Positions 12,205-23,518 are shown, numbered from the whole stretch's first letter. The stretch: 63,110 bases of DNA, filler included, from 10 parts of 10 records of this genome joined end to end with filler, not necessarily neighbours in it; one strand, 5' to 3'. Made by a program: numbers and translations. Notes: generated from the sequence alone by a model not told the origin.

Positions 12205-12575
12205 ACTTCTTCTCTTCTTTGCGGGATTTACCCTTTACACATCTGCGAGCGTCTCAGTTCAAGGTGTTTCCGCACACTGTTCATCATCATGCGCCCACAC
12301 ACATCATCACCGTGTCGGATCGCCGTCACCACATCGATTCGATCCAGGATTAATTGACCGTTTTCGAATAAACCCCCTGAGAAATTTGACTGTTCCCGAA
12401 TGTAACTCGCTTTGTCGACGTCACACACAAATGCGCACACGCACACCGCCATGTGGTTGTGTCTCTTCCCTCTCACGCACACACACTAACGTAAGCTTTC
12501 TGCGGCGTGTGGTCTGAAGCGGGTACCAAGCGAGAATAATCTGTGTGCTGGGGGCGAGTGATTGCCAGGCGCAAA

Positions 12576-14623
12576 ATGGCTCCGGCAACTGCGATTTCGT
12601 CGTCCTCGTCGATGTCGCTGCGAAATATTGTGCATTCGCTAGTTGTACCAGCTTGTCTTGTCGCGCGTGATGGGTTCATCCTGTATCAGAACAGCCGTTT
12701 TGAGCGTGTATTCGCTGATCGGGATGATTCAGATCAGAGTTCATTGCCGGCTCTCTTACCTGAGCTTGGGGTGGATGATCTCTGGGACAGTATGGTGAAG
12801 CGTGCATTTACAGATGCGACCTCCAACGTCAATGAGAAACTGACGTTGTGGTGTGGATCCGCGGATATCTTTGTGTCCTCGGTGGCGAAGGACATTGCAA
12901 CTCTCGTAAACTCAGAATACGGCGAGGATTCCCTGTACTTGGTTCAAATGCCCAATCTGATTCCGAAATGTGGAGAACTATCTAGTTTACAACTGCACAC
13001 TCTGCAAGCCACGCGCGAACTGATTGATGCCCTTCCCTTGATCAGCTGCGGTGTGGACGAGAAAATGCGCATTTTACTGTACGTCCATTCGTCTGCGTGT
13101 TCTGGACTGATATCCGGTGTGTGTATGATTGCGTGGTGTGTAGATGGAACAAAACTGCGGAGGAGGCGAGTGGATACACAGAAGCGGAGATGGTGGCTCA
13201 TCCCCACCCGATGGAGCTCCTCTATGAAGGTATGAATTTGTGTGTGCGTGTGTCTGTGCGCGAGACACAGAGAGAGATAGCGAGAGTGCGCTGAAAAAAC
13301 AAGCAATAGAGTATGTGTATGTGTATCTTTAGAGACAGAGAGAGAGAGAGTATAGTCTAACAAGTTCGTGGTATTGGTATACGATGACGAAGACAGCGAA
13401 TTTTGAGTAACTCATGTTTGTGTTTGTGTTTGTGTCTGTGTGTGTATTTGTGTCTGCGTGTGTGTTTTGTTGTAACAGAGCAAGCGGCTGAGCTGATGGA
13501 GAAGGGATGTGGCAGTGGGCGCAGAATGAAAATGCGCTGTAAGGACGGATCACAGCGTATCTTACAGTATGTGTGTGTATATATGTGTGTTGTTTTGTAT
13601 CATTATTCAGTTTGGATACTCCACAGTGCATATCGTGTGTATGTGTGCATGTTTACTCAACTACGTGTGTATCTTTGCGTGTGTGTGCGCCTGCGTTTTG
13701 GTTATGCTCTCGTGCTTGTGTGCATATCTATCTATCTTTCTATCTTTCTGTGCCTGTTTATCCCTCTCTCTCTCTCCCCCTAGTGTGCTTGTGTGTAATG
13801 ATTGTTCTCTGTGACATAGATGGACCGTCATGAACACGTGTGTGCCCCCTGGTATTCACCACTGGGGTGTGGCTGTGGATCTCACTCCAGAGGAGACGCA
13901 TCGACATGAATTGGAGGTATGCCGGCTTTGCAGCAAGTGTTGTGGCGTTCGGTTGTGGTTGTTGTTGTGGCTGTGGGTTGTTGTTGTTGTTGTGTAGTGG
14001 TGGTGGTGGTGGGCAGTATGTCGTCTGTTGATTGGTGCATGGCTGACAGTGTCGTGTCGCTGCCAGTGGGTTACGATTTATTGTCACGTCGTGTTTTAGC
14101 ATTGTGTGTTGTGATGTGTGTGTGTGTCTGTGTGTGGGCGAGAGGGAGAGAAAGAATGTGTGTGCGCGCACTCGTGTGTGTGTTGGATACTCAACTGCAT
14201 GTTTGTGTGTTTGTGTGTGTGTTTGTGTTTCAGAAACAACAACAAATATTGACGGAGGCGGTTACAAGCGCTGAGAATGCGCTGCGTACCAAAGCAGAGT
14301 TTCTGGCCACCATGAGTCATGAGATCCGCACCCCGCTCAATGGTGTTATCGGTATGCGTGTGTGTGCGTGAATGTAAACGTATATATGTGTGTGCGTGTA
14401 TGTATGTATGTATTTGCATCTGTTGCGATAAGGACACATGTATATATATATGTGTGTGTGTAAGCGAAATATGGGGGTGGTATTCACACCGGTGGTACTA
14501 GGCATGACTGGTTTATTGCTCGATACCCCTCTCAAGGCTGAGCAGCGTGAGTTGACAGCCACTGCACGTCTGTGTGCCTCACAGCTGCTGGACTTGGTCA
14601 ACGACATTCTCGATTTCAGTAAG
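12576..14623 (+). CDS. Eukaryotic PAS-PAS/PAC-HisKA sensor histidine kinase, spliced, 5' part; exons 12576-13078, 13144-13229, 13479-13566, 13820-13916, 14234-14351, 14502-14623
   Basis: GT-AG splicing keeps frame and gives PAS ([20 protein letters not shown]), PAC ([13 protein letters not shown]...GVAVDLT) and the hybrid-kinase H-box [22 protein letters not shown]...[10 protein letters not shown]. Confidence 0.85.
13230..14501 (+). repeat. Intronic low-complexity (GT)n/(GTT)n/(GA)n/(TA)n tracts
   Basis: Repeats are confined to the inferred introns of the kinase gene. Confidence 0.85.
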
Positions 14624-14726
14624 GTACGGATGCGTGGGTAGGTTTTGTAAATGCGTATTATATATACGTATATATGTGTGTGTCGCTCTCTGTCTGTCTT
14701 TCTCTCTTGATGAATGATCTGTTTGT

Positions 14727-14792
14727 GTCTGTGTGCCTCTCAGTTGTTGGACTGGGTGAATGACATTCTCGATTTCAGGAAGGTACGCATGC
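14727..14792 (+). repeat. Diverged 66-nt direct copy of 14568-14633 (end of HisKA exon plus donor site)
   Basis: Ungapped alignment by eye with 8 mismatches in 66 nt. Confidence 0.9.
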
Positions 14793-14843
14793 TTGTGTAA
14801 TATGTTGGGCGTTGATGCACCACCATCCTCATCAAACCCCCCC

Positions 14844-14943
14844 NNNNNNNNNNNNNNNNNNNNNNNNNNNNNNNNNNNNNNNNNNNNTTAATTAATTAAN
14901 NNNNNNNNNNNNNNNNNNNNNNNNNNNNNNNNNNNNNNNNNNN
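14844..14943. other. Artificial contig spacer
   Basis: 44 N + TTAATTAATTAA + 44 N. Confidence 0.99.
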
Positions 14944-15195
14944 TTTTTTTTCCTCGGTTTGCGAAACCTCACGCTGCTCGAACGCCGTATTAACGACGCT
15001 GGAAGCCCGACCCGCGCCACCGTGATGGCGCGTAATCAGGCCTTGCTCGCTTAATTTACGAATATCCCGGCGGACCGTCTGCGTGGAGACATCCAGCAGA
15101 TTTGCCAGCTCATCAATATTCATATACCCACGCTCGGCGATCAGCATGAGGAGTTGGTCGTGCCGCGGGTTACCGGTTAGTTCGGTAAGGCTCAT
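14944..15195 (-). CDS. yihW: DeoR-family sulfoquinovose regulator CsqR/YihW, 5' part
   Basis: DeoR HTH (VSTQTVRRDI, RHHGGA); continues on the contig at 55415-55956. Confidence 0.93.
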
Positions 15196-15228
15196 GAAAA
15201 TTCCTCGAAAAACCATCACCCTGGCATT

Positions 15229-16125
15229 TTATACAAAAAGTGACAAAAAAGATCGGGTTTGATCACAGTCAGGGATCCCGGCTCGTCCACCGGGACGTGT
15301 GCATTTTAACGCCGCTACACCGCTGGCGAAGCGGACTGACTCCGCTAAATCCCCACTTGTTGCCAGCGCCACCGCCAAAGCGCCGTGAAAAACATCACCC
15401 GCACCTGTGGTATCTACCACATCAACTTTGAAGGCCGGTTGATGCTGACGCCCACCATTTTCCAGCCAGTCGCAGCCTGCGCTACCCTGGGTCACATAGA
15501 CATGACCATTTGTGAGCGTTTGTGCCTGTTTTAGCGCACTGGCCATCTCTTTCACGCCCGTTAAGCGCGCCAGACCCGGTTCTGAAAAGGCCGCGTGATC
15601 GCTTAATGCCACCAGCTCACTGATATCCTGCGGCGTAATGTCCCCGTCCAGAACGGTCATCACACCCGCCTGACGGGCCAGGGTGAAGGCTTTTTTAGCG
15701 CCGTCGTGCCAGCGTACATCTGCCAGCACAACATCCCACTGAGAGAAATCAATTTCCTCCAACCACTCTGCGTCAGGCAGCAGATCCGGGCTGGGGTAGT
15801 TAATGATTATCCGCTCGCCTTTGGTATCCACCATGATGGCGGATTGCGAAGATTTCGCCTGGTTATACCGTTTGGTGTAACGGGTGTTAACGCCCCAGGA
15901 TTCCAGCTCTGCCAGCAGGCTGTTGCCCGTGTCGTCATCACCTACGCGACCAATAAAATCGACCTGCGCCCCCAGCCTTGCCGCCGCAACCGCTGCCGTC
16001 GCCGCTGGCCCGCCACCAACTTCCGTATAATTTCTCGCCACGTATTTACCGCTCTCCGTCGGTAACCCTTCCACGTAATAGATGCGATCCATCACGGTTA
16101 TACCTACACAAGCAACACGAATCAT
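15229..16125 (-). CDS. yihV: 6-deoxy-6-sulfofructose kinase
   Basis: PfkB motifs GGGPAATAA and DTTGAGD; yih cluster. Confidence 0.95.
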   Translation of the reverse strand: MIRVACVGITVMDRIYYVEGLPTESGKYVARNYTEVGGGPAATAAVAAARLGAQVDFIGRVGDDDTGNSLLAELESWGVNTRYTKRYNQAKSSQSAIMVDTKGERIIINYPSPDLLPDAEWLEEIDFSQWDVVLADVRWHDGAKKAFTLARQAGVMTVLDGDITPQDISELVALSDHAAFSEPGLARLTGVKEMASALKQAQTLTNGHVYVTQGSAGCDWLENGGRQHQPAFKVDVVDTTGAGDVFHGALAVALATSGDLAESVRFASGVAALKCTRPGGRAGIPDCDQTRSFLSLFV

Positions 16126-16292
16126 GGTCATTCCTTAAACATTTTGGGATGCGTTCATTTTAATTTCACCAATTGTTTAAAAAGTGACGGCTGTCAATTT
16201 TTTGACGATAAATTACAAATACGATCAAAAACAGACAAGCAAAGCATGTCATAAATGACAAAAAGTGACATAACTGTATTCAGGAGAGGGTT

Positions 16293-17189
16293 ATGGCAGC
16301 AATCGCGTTTATCGGTTTAGGACAAATGGGTTCGCCAATGGCGAGCAATTTATTGCAGCAAGGGCATCAACTTCGCGTCTTTGATGTGAACGCCGAAGCT
16401 GTGCGGCATCTGGTAGACAAAGGTGCGACTCCCGCCGCCAACCCGGCGCAGGCCGCTAAAGATGCCGAATTTATCATTACCATGTTGCCGAATGGCGATC
16501 TGGTGCGCAACGTGTTGTTCGGTGAAAACGGCGTTTGCGAAGGCTTATCTACCGATGCGCTGGTCATTGATATGTCCACCATCCATCCGCTGCAAACCGA
16601 TAAATTGATTGCCGATATGCAAGCCAAAGGCTTCAGCATGATGGATGTTCCGGTAGGCCGTACTTCTGCAAATGCCATTACCGGTACTCTGTTACTGCTG
16701 GCTGGCGGCACCGCTGAACAAGTTGAACGTGCCACACCGATCCTGATGGCGATGGGCAGTGAGTTGATCAACGCTGGCGGTCCGGGCATGGGGATCCGCG
16801 TTAAGCTCATCAACAACTACATGAGCATCGCGCTCAATGCGCTTTCGGCAGAAGCCGCCGTTTTGTGCGAAGCCCTGAATCTTCCCTTCGATGTTGCCGT
16901 CAAAGTGATGAGCGGTACCGCCGCCGGTAAAGGTCACTTCACCACTTCCTGGCCAAACAAAGTCCTCAGCGGAGATCTTTCTCCCGCCTTCATGATCGAT
17001 CTTGCCCATAAGGATCTTGGCATCGCCCTTGATGTCGCCAACCAGCTGCATGTGCCAATGCCGCTGGGGGCCGCCTCACGGGAGGTTTATAGCCAGGCGC
17101 GCGCAGCGGGTCGCGGTCGCCAGGACTGGTCCGCCATTCTGGAACAGGTCCGTGTCAGTGCCGGGATGACTGCCAAAGTAAAAATGTAA
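16293..17189 (+). CDS. yihU: 3-sulfolactaldehyde reductase
   Basis: Beta-hydroxyacid dehydrogenase motifs FIGLGQMG and KLINN. Confidence 0.95.
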   Translation: MAAIAFIGLGQMGSPMASNLLQQGHQLRVFDVNAEAVRHLVDKGATPAANPAQAAKDAEFIITMLPNGDLVRNVLFGENGVCEGLSTDALVIDMSTIHPLQTDKLIADMQAKGFSMMDVPVGRTSANAITGTLLLLAGGTAEQVERATPILMAMGSELINAGGPGMGIRVKLINNYMSIALNALSAEAAVLCEALNLPFDVAVKVMSGTAAGKGHFTTSWPNKVLSGDLSPAFMIDLAHKDLGIALDVANQLHVPMPLGAASREVYSQARAAGRGRQDWSAILEQVRVSAGMTAKVKM

Positions 17190-17212
17190 CGACTGGATAA
17201 AGGAATAAATGA

Positions 17213-18091
17213 ATGAATAAGTACACCATCAACGACATTACGCGCGCATCGGGCGGTTTTGCCATGCTGGCGGTCGATCAGCGCGAAGCCATGCGCATGA
17301 TGTTTGCCGCGGCTGGGGCACCCGCTCCGGTAGCCGATAGCGTTTTAACTGATTTCAAAGTTAACGCTGCAAAGGCCCTCTCGCCTTATGCCTCGGCGAT
17401 TCTGGTAGATCAACAATTCTGCTACCGCCAGGTGGTTGAGCAAAACGCGATTGCCAAAAGTTGCGCCATGATTGTCGCCGCCGATGAGTTCATTCCTGGC
17501 AACGGTATTCCGGTCGATAGCGTGGTTATTGACCGCAAAATCAATCCGCTACAGATCAAACAAGACGGTGGCAAAGCCTTAAAACTGCTGGTGCTGTGGC
17601 GTAGTGATGAAGATGCGCAGCAACGTCTGGATATGGTGAAAGAGTTCAACGAACTGTGCCACTCACACGGTCTGGTAAGCATCATTGAGCCAGTCGTCCG
17701 CCCACCGCGTCGTGGCGATAAATTCGATCGCGAACAAGCGATCATCGATGCCGCCAAAGAGCTGGGCGACAGTGGCGCTGACCTCTACAAAGTTGAAATG
17801 CCGCTTTATGGCAAAGGTCCGCAACAAGAGCTTCTCTGTGCTTCACAACGTCTGAATGACCATATCAATATGCCATGGGTGATCCTCTCTTCCGGTGTCG
17901 ACGAAAAACTGTTCCCGCGTGCCGTACGCGTGGCAATGACGGCGGGCGCATCGGGATTCCTGGCAGGCCGTGCAGTCTGGGCATCGGTCGTCGGTTTACC
18001 AGACAACGAGCTGATGCTGCGTGACGTTTGCGCACCGAAATTACAACAACTTGGCGATATCGTCGACGAAATGATGGCTAAACGCCGCTAA
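17213..18091 (+). CDS. yihT: Sulfofructose-1-phosphate aldolase
   Basis: LacD-like class I aldolase: [21 protein letters not shown]. Confidence 0.95.
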   Translation: MNKYTINDITRASGGFAMLAVDQREAMRMMFAAAGAPAPVADSVLTDFKVNAAKALSPYASAILVDQQFCYRQVVEQNAIAKSCAMIVAADEFIPGNGIPVDSVVIDRKINPLQIKQDGGKALKLLVLWRSDEDAQQRLDMVKEFNELCHSHGLVSIIEPVVRPPRRGDKFDREQAIIDAAKELGDSGADLYKVEMPLYGKGPQQELLCASQRLNDHINMPWVILSSGVDEKLFPRAVRVAMTAGASGFLAGRAVWASVVGLPDNELMLRDVCAPKLQQLGDIVDEMMAKRR

Positions 18092-18107
18092 GATGAGGAT
18101 AAAAGGA

Positions 18108-19349
18108 ATGAAATGGTTTAACACCCTAAGCCACAACCGTTGGCTGGAACAGGAAACCGACCGCATCTTTGATTTTGGTAAAAATTCCGTAGTGCCGACT
18201 GGTTTTGGCTGGTTAGGCAATAAAGGGCAAATCAAAGAAGAGATGGGCACCCATCTGTGGATCACCGCTCGTATGTTGCACGTTTATTCCGTTGCTGCGG
18301 CGATGGGTCGACCTGGCGCTTACTCGTTGGTTGATCACGGTATCAAAGCCATGAACGGCGCACTGCGTGATAAAAAATATGGCGGCTGGTATGCCTGCGT
18401 GAATGACGAGGGCGTGGTGGATGCCTCCAAACAGGGCTATCAACACTTCTTTGCTCTGCTGGGTGCCGCCAGCGCCGTCACAACGGGTCACCCGGAAGCG
18501 CGCAAGCTGCTCGATTACACCATTGAAATTATCGAGAAATATTTCTGGAGCGAAGAAGAGCAGATGTGCCTGGAATCCTGGGACGAAGCCTTCAGCAAAA
18601 CCGAAGAGTACCGCGGCGGCAATGCCAATATGCACGCGGTGGAAGCTTTCTTGATTGTTTATGACGTCACTCACGACAAAAAATGGCTGGATCGCGCGAT
18701 TCGCGTGGCTTCCGTGATTATCCACGACGTCGCCAGAAATAATCATTATCGCGTTAACGAACACTTCGATACCCAGTGGAATCCGCTGCCGGATTACAAC
18801 AAAGATAACCCGGCGCATCGCTTCCGCGCGTTCGGAGGTACACCAGGCCACTGGATCGAATGGGGCCGTTTAATGCTGCACATCCATGCTGCCCTGGAAG
18901 CCCGTTGCGAACAACCACCAGCATGGCTGCTAGAAGATGCCAAAGGTCTGTTTAACGCCACCGTGCGCGATGCCTGGGCACCCGATGGCGCGGACGGGAT
19001 TGTTTATACCGTTGACTGGGAAGGAAAACCGGTGGTCCGCGAACGTGTACGTTGGCCTATCGTCGAAGCAATGGGTACGGCCTACGCGCTCTACACCGTC
19101 ACTGGCGATCGCCAGTATGAAACCTGGTATCAAACATGGTGGGAGTACTGCATTAAGTACCTGATGGACTATGAAAATGGTTCCTGGTGGCAGGAGCTGG
19201 ATGCGGACAATAAGGTCACCACCAAAGTCTGGGACGGCAAACAGGATATTTATCACCTGCTGCATTGCCTGGTGATCCCGCGTATCCCGTTAGCGCCCGG
19301 CATGGCTCCAGCGGTTGCAGCGGGTCTGCTGGATATTAATGCGAAATAA
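18108..19349 (+). CDS. yihS: Sulfoquinovose isomerase
   Basis: AGE-family epimerase/isomerase: NANMH, PGHWIEW, DIYH. Confidence 0.95.
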   Translation: MKWFNTLSHNRWLEQETDRIFDFGKNSVVPTGFGWLGNKGQIKEEMGTHLWITARMLHVYSVAAAMGRPGAYSLVDHGIKAMNGALRDKKYGGWYACVNDEGVVDASKQGYQHFFALLGAASAVTTGHPEARKLLDYTIEIIEKYFWSEEEQMCLESWDEAFSKTEEYRGGNANMHAVEAFLIVYDVTHDKKWLDRAIRVASVIIHDVARNNHYRVNEHFDTQWNPLPDYNKDNPAHRFRAFGGTPGHWIEWGRLMLHIHAALEARCEQPPAWLLEDAKGLFNATVRDAWAPDGADGIVYTVDWEGKPVVRERVRWPIVEAMGTAYALYTVTGDRQYETWYQTWWEYCIKYLMDYENGSWWQELDADNKVTTKVWDGKQDIYHLLHCLVIPRIPLAPGMAPAVAAGLLDINAK

Positions 19350-19376
19350 CTGATCTGAAAATAGGGTGCGGGTTTT

Positions 19377-19476
19377 NNNNNNNNNNNNNNNNNNNNNNNN
19401 NNNNNNNNNNNNNNNNNNNNTTAATTAATTAANNNNNNNNNNNNNNNNNNNNNNNNNNNNNNNNNNNNNNNNNNNN
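19377..19476. other. Artificial contig spacer
   Basis: 44 N + TTAATTAATTAA + 44 N. Confidence 0.99.
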
Positions 19477-22310
19477 GGGGAAGCGCAGCTGGGAGTTCAG
19501 CGCGTTCAGGTGCTTCTTGTCCGTGGTGCGGATGCGCACGTCCGACTCGAATTCCTTGGCGGAGCTCACCATCGCCAGCGCCTCGGGGATGCTTGCGTTC
19601 AGGGGCACCTTGCTCATGGCCTTCATCGTGTCAAACATGATGTAGAAGCGCGCCATCAGCCGCCCCAGCTCTGTGCCCCAAACGTCAAACGTGTGAACCT
19701 CTGGTAAACACCCAATGACAGCGGCGTACCTGTAGCGCTCACCCGAACCCCATATCGTCCATCTGAATCATCCCGTGGGCAGCCAGCTCCTGCATGTCCT
19801 TCAGAAATATACCTACGCGCCGCACACTGTCAGTGAACCCGCATGTGTGTGGTACACAAGACACGTACTCCGCAGCTGCTCCTCCAAGGCGTCGTCCTGC
19901 AGATGAGGGGGGATGTTGTAGTGCTGCGGGTTCTTCTTGATGCGCACATACAGGAAGGTCGACTTGAGCCAGTCCAGCGCGATGGAGACGTCCGAGATGG
20001 TGCCCAGTGCAATCTCCGCGTTCAGATGCTCCACAATGTTGTGGTGCTGCACTCATGCACATAAAAGTGTTGGGACACAACCATGATACCGCACGCACAC
20101 GTACCAAGGTGGACTCAATGTTGCGCTGCGCGCTCATCATGCTCTGGTACTTGCTAACATCCTCTTTCCTGCAACACCCGCCGTCATGTTTTTGCATGCA
20201 GGATGGAACGTGAAAACATACCTTGTCATGATAACGCACACTCCGTGGTCGTCAAACTGCGGCCGCCCAGCTCGCCCCGCCATCTGTAGCATATTGAGGT
20301 CGCTTAAGTCCTCGATACCGCGCCCTGCAACGTATTGCGACGTGGACTTGATCACCACAAGGTGGGCCGGCAAGTTGACACCTGCTCGCATGAGCGAACG
20401 TATTAGAGACGCAACTGACAGTGCAAGTGATGAATGTCGTGGCACTCGATGTGGACGCACCCTGGGCGAGAGTGGATGTCGTACAGACCACCAGCAGGTT
20501 CTGTCCGAGGAATAGGTCCACCACCTTACGACGGTCGTCGGATGACATGCCCGCGCTGTGAAAGCCCACGCCACGCGCCAGGCACTCTGGGCGCACACAA
20601 AATCAGCAACTCTCGGGGCCGGGGTATGTGGTGTACCTTGGAGCGCCTTGTCGGTCACGTTGTGGCTGGCTTGGATGAGTCTGCTGTATGTCAACACGTC
20701 GAACAGAACATGACAGACAGAACATGTGTACCTGCTGCGCTGCTCCTGGCTGAAGATGAACGGGTTGCGGCCGCGGTCCGCCGCCTCTTTGGCGATGTGC
20801 TGTGCTGTCGACACGACGGACTTCCGTGTCGTGCAGAACTGCAGCACAGAGCCAAGTGAGCGCCAGACTGATACATACCACTCGTAACGTACCACTAGTG
20901 CTGGTTTGTTATCAGAGTTGGCCGTGATGACGTCCATCAACCGAAATGTCAACGTCCTGAGTACACATATGAGCCGGAAACTGACACCGAACGCGGGAAC
21001 ATACTTGTCAAAAGCGAAGGGATTGGAGCTACCCGGGTAGCCGATCACGCGCGTATCCAGTTTAACCGGGCGCCAGTTGTCACCGAATCTGCACAGCAGT
21101 TTCAGAATCAATACCAAAAGAGTTATGCAGTACATGTGCTGTCCCTCTGTGGGCACGTCCAGCCACCGCGCAATATCGTCCACGTTCGGAATTGTTGCCG
21201 ACAAGGCTATGTATCTGTACGCAAGATGATGAGACGCACCGTAGGTCAACTAGTACATACCGTAACGATGCGATCGGACAGTCGTTGAAGTTGGGGGACC
21301 GGCGCATCGTTTTTAGTCTAAAGCACAGCTTGTTAAAGCACTGTGTACAGTATCACACACATACCGTGAGACGACAGCTTCAAGTGTGGCGCCGCGATCC
21401 TGTGGGATGATGTTAGCAACTGTCGAGCGAGAGACTAAGAGAGCGTACTTCGTTCAGCAAGTGCACTTCATCGATAAGAATAAGGCCAACTTGTCCCATG
21501 ATCTTTATGTAGTCGCGCCATTTGCGTGTTACGCTAGGTTACAACTCTCGGGTAAGTGACATGTTTGCGAGTTCCTGTTGCATGTACCTGTCCCATTTCT
21601 CCGGAGTTGTGCAGCTAGACAGACGTGAGTAAAGGGAGGAGCAACGAATCAGATATACATAATATCGTGGTCCTTGAGATCACGCGAAGATACTTCACTG
21701 TCGCCAGTCATCTCTACGCATCTGATGCCCAAGGGTTCGAATTTTTGTTTCCAGTCCGTCATGCGCTCTTGGCATAAAGCCTATACGGCCATGATCACGG
21801 CATGCGATTGCGCGGGTTTGAAATACCTTTATGGGCGCCATGTAAATCACCTTGGAATCACCCCTTCTCCTCTCGCTTAAGGCGGCGCCCCCGAGCTGAC
21901 TCTGGATCAGCCTACAAATTGCGAGTTCGAATATGACTAAAGCGAGTTAGAAGACGACGATCGGCGCTCATTTCGCATGCCTGTTTTCCCGGATCCAGTG
22001 GGAGCTACATGAAAATTAGGGACTCTAACAGGAAATAGAATGTCGTACCGCTCACCACCAAGTTTGAGTCAGAATAGTAAGTACTTGCAAAGCATCTCGA
22101 TTGCATCGCATTGAAGTAAGGGAAGGGAAATATGCTGTTGAACGGTGCGGAGACCTCATGAACAGCCTGGAGAGAGCTTGTATCTGAGTACACTGGCGGA
22201 GGGCGGCGAGCAGGAGTCGAGATCGAGTCAGGTGCCCCATGACCCTTCGGCACATGGAACAGTTCCGAATACTCATCTTCTTCATCATCACTAATGTCCT
22301 CTCCGTACAT
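19477..22310 (-). CDS. MER3: Eukaryotic Ski2-like DEXH helicase MER3/HFM1, many short introns, 3' end missing
   Basis: Spliced product contains FNAMQS, SAPTGSGKTVIFELAI, YMAPIKALCQER, TTPEKWDSVTRKW, DEVH (21461-21472), LSATIPN, RPVKL, FCTTRK, TSTLAQGVNLPAHLVVIKST, QMAGRAGRPQFD, EHLNAEI and WLKSTFLYVRIKKNP. Confidence 0.88.
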
Positions 22311-22559
22311 CCTCTTGAGCGGAACGAATAAATAGCAAACAACAGCAGCAACGCCACACCACCAGAAAGTGCGAGCGATTCATTGCGGAACCGACCGCCA
22401 CGTTGAACCGCTAAGCTACAAGATACAATGCGGCGGGCGCTAACTTGTGGACGGGGTATCACGCTGTCGACGTAGGAGCACTTGCCGCAATATGGCAGCC
22501 TGGTCCCGCAGAGTCTTGGCTTGCTTGCTCCGCTGCTGACCATGCTGCACGATATTCGC

Positions 22560-22659
22560 NNNNNNNNNNNNNNNNNNNNNNNNNNNNNNNNNNNNNNNNN
22601 NNNTTAATTAATTAANNNNNNNNNNNNNNNNNNNNNNNNNNNNNNNNNNNNNNNNNNNN
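22560..22659. other. Artificial contig spacer
   Basis: 44 N + TTAATTAATTAA + 44 N. Confidence 0.99.
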
Positions 22660-22685
22660 TTAAAATAATTTTCTGACCGCGCATT
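22660..22685 (-). promoter_or_regulatory. rrnC P1 UP element at the contig end
   Basis: Minus strand GGTCAGAAAATTATTTTAA, the rrn P1 UP element; divergent from yieP as rrnC is in E. coli. Confidence 0.75.
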
Positions 22686-22803
22686 TTTTCAGCAAAAGCC
22701 CCGTTAATGTGCCATAAAACAAGCAATTTGCCGTTTTTGCAACCGTAATCACACTTCCTGGTGGCATACTAAGGAGGAATAAAAAGAAAAAGGAAGATAA
22801 GTA

Positions 22804-23496
22804 ATGCCTTTAAGCGCACAACAGTTAGCTGCACAGAAAAACCTTTCGTATGTTCTGGCTGAGAAGCTGGCGCAACGGATCTTAAAAGGTGAATATGAAC
22901 CCGGCACCATTTTGCCCGGTGAGATTGAGCTGGGCGAGCAATTTGGAGTGAGTCGTACAGCGGTACGCGAAGCGGTCAAAACGTTAACGGCAAAAGGGAT
23001 GGTTTTACCGCGACCGCGAATTGGTACTCGGGTCATGCCACAATCGAACTGGAATTTTCTTGATCAGGAATTGCTTACCTGGTGGATGACAGAAGAGAAC
23101 TTTCATCAGGTCATCGATCACTTTCTGGTTATGCGTATCTGTCTGGAGCCGCAAGCCTGCCTACTGGCAGCAACGGTTGGCACCGCGGAACAGAAAGCGC
23201 ATCTCAATACGTTAATGGCCGAAATGGCGGCATTAAAAGAGAACTTTCGCCGTGAACGCTGGATCGAAGTCGATATGGCCTGGCATGAGCATATCTATGA
23301 AATGAGCGCCAATCCGTTTTTGACCTCATTCGCCTCGCTATTCCATTCGGTTTATCACACTTACTTCACGTCAATTACCAGCGACACAGTGATAAAGCTG
23401 GATCTGCATCAGGCGATTGTCGATGCGATTATCCAAAGCGATGGCGACGCGGCATTTAAAGCTTGTCAGGCGCTGCTACGCTCACCTGATAAGTGA
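22804..23496 (+). CDS. yieP: GntR/FadR-family regulator YieP
   Basis: GntR HTH (FGVSRTAVREA) plus FCD domain. Confidence 0.93.
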   Translation: MPLSAQQLAAQKNLSYVLAEKLAQRILKGEYEPGTILPGEIELGEQFGVSRTAVREAVKTLTAKGMVLPRPRIGTRVMPQSNWNFLDQELLTWWMTEENFHQVIDHFLVMRICLEPQACLLAATVGTAEQKAHLNTLMAEMAALKENFRRERWIEVDMAWHEHIYEMSANPFLTSFASLFHSVYHTYFTSITSDTVIKLDLHQAIVDAIIQSDGDAAFKACQALLRSPDK

Positions 23497-23518
23497 TAAC
23501 CCGATAACAGGACATTGA

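Noticed and set aside
13329-14501. Cys/Val-rich and His/Thr-rich ORFs in the ORF track
   Set aside because: They are translations of intronic (GT)n/(CA)n repeats
14944-19349. yih cluster as a novel catabolic pathway
   Set aside because: It is the established sulfoglycolysis (sulfo-EMP) pathway of E. coli K-12
22052-22543. 163-aa minus-strand ORF overlapping the MER3 start
   Set aside because: It has no recognisable motifs and overlaps MER3 exon 1 out of frame, so it is probably promoter or UTR sequence
11431-22659. Horizontal transfer of eukaryotic genes into E. coli, or of E. coli genes into a eukaryote
   Set aside because: Every bacterial/eukaryotic boundary coincides with an artificial spacer, so there is no evidence of physical linkage
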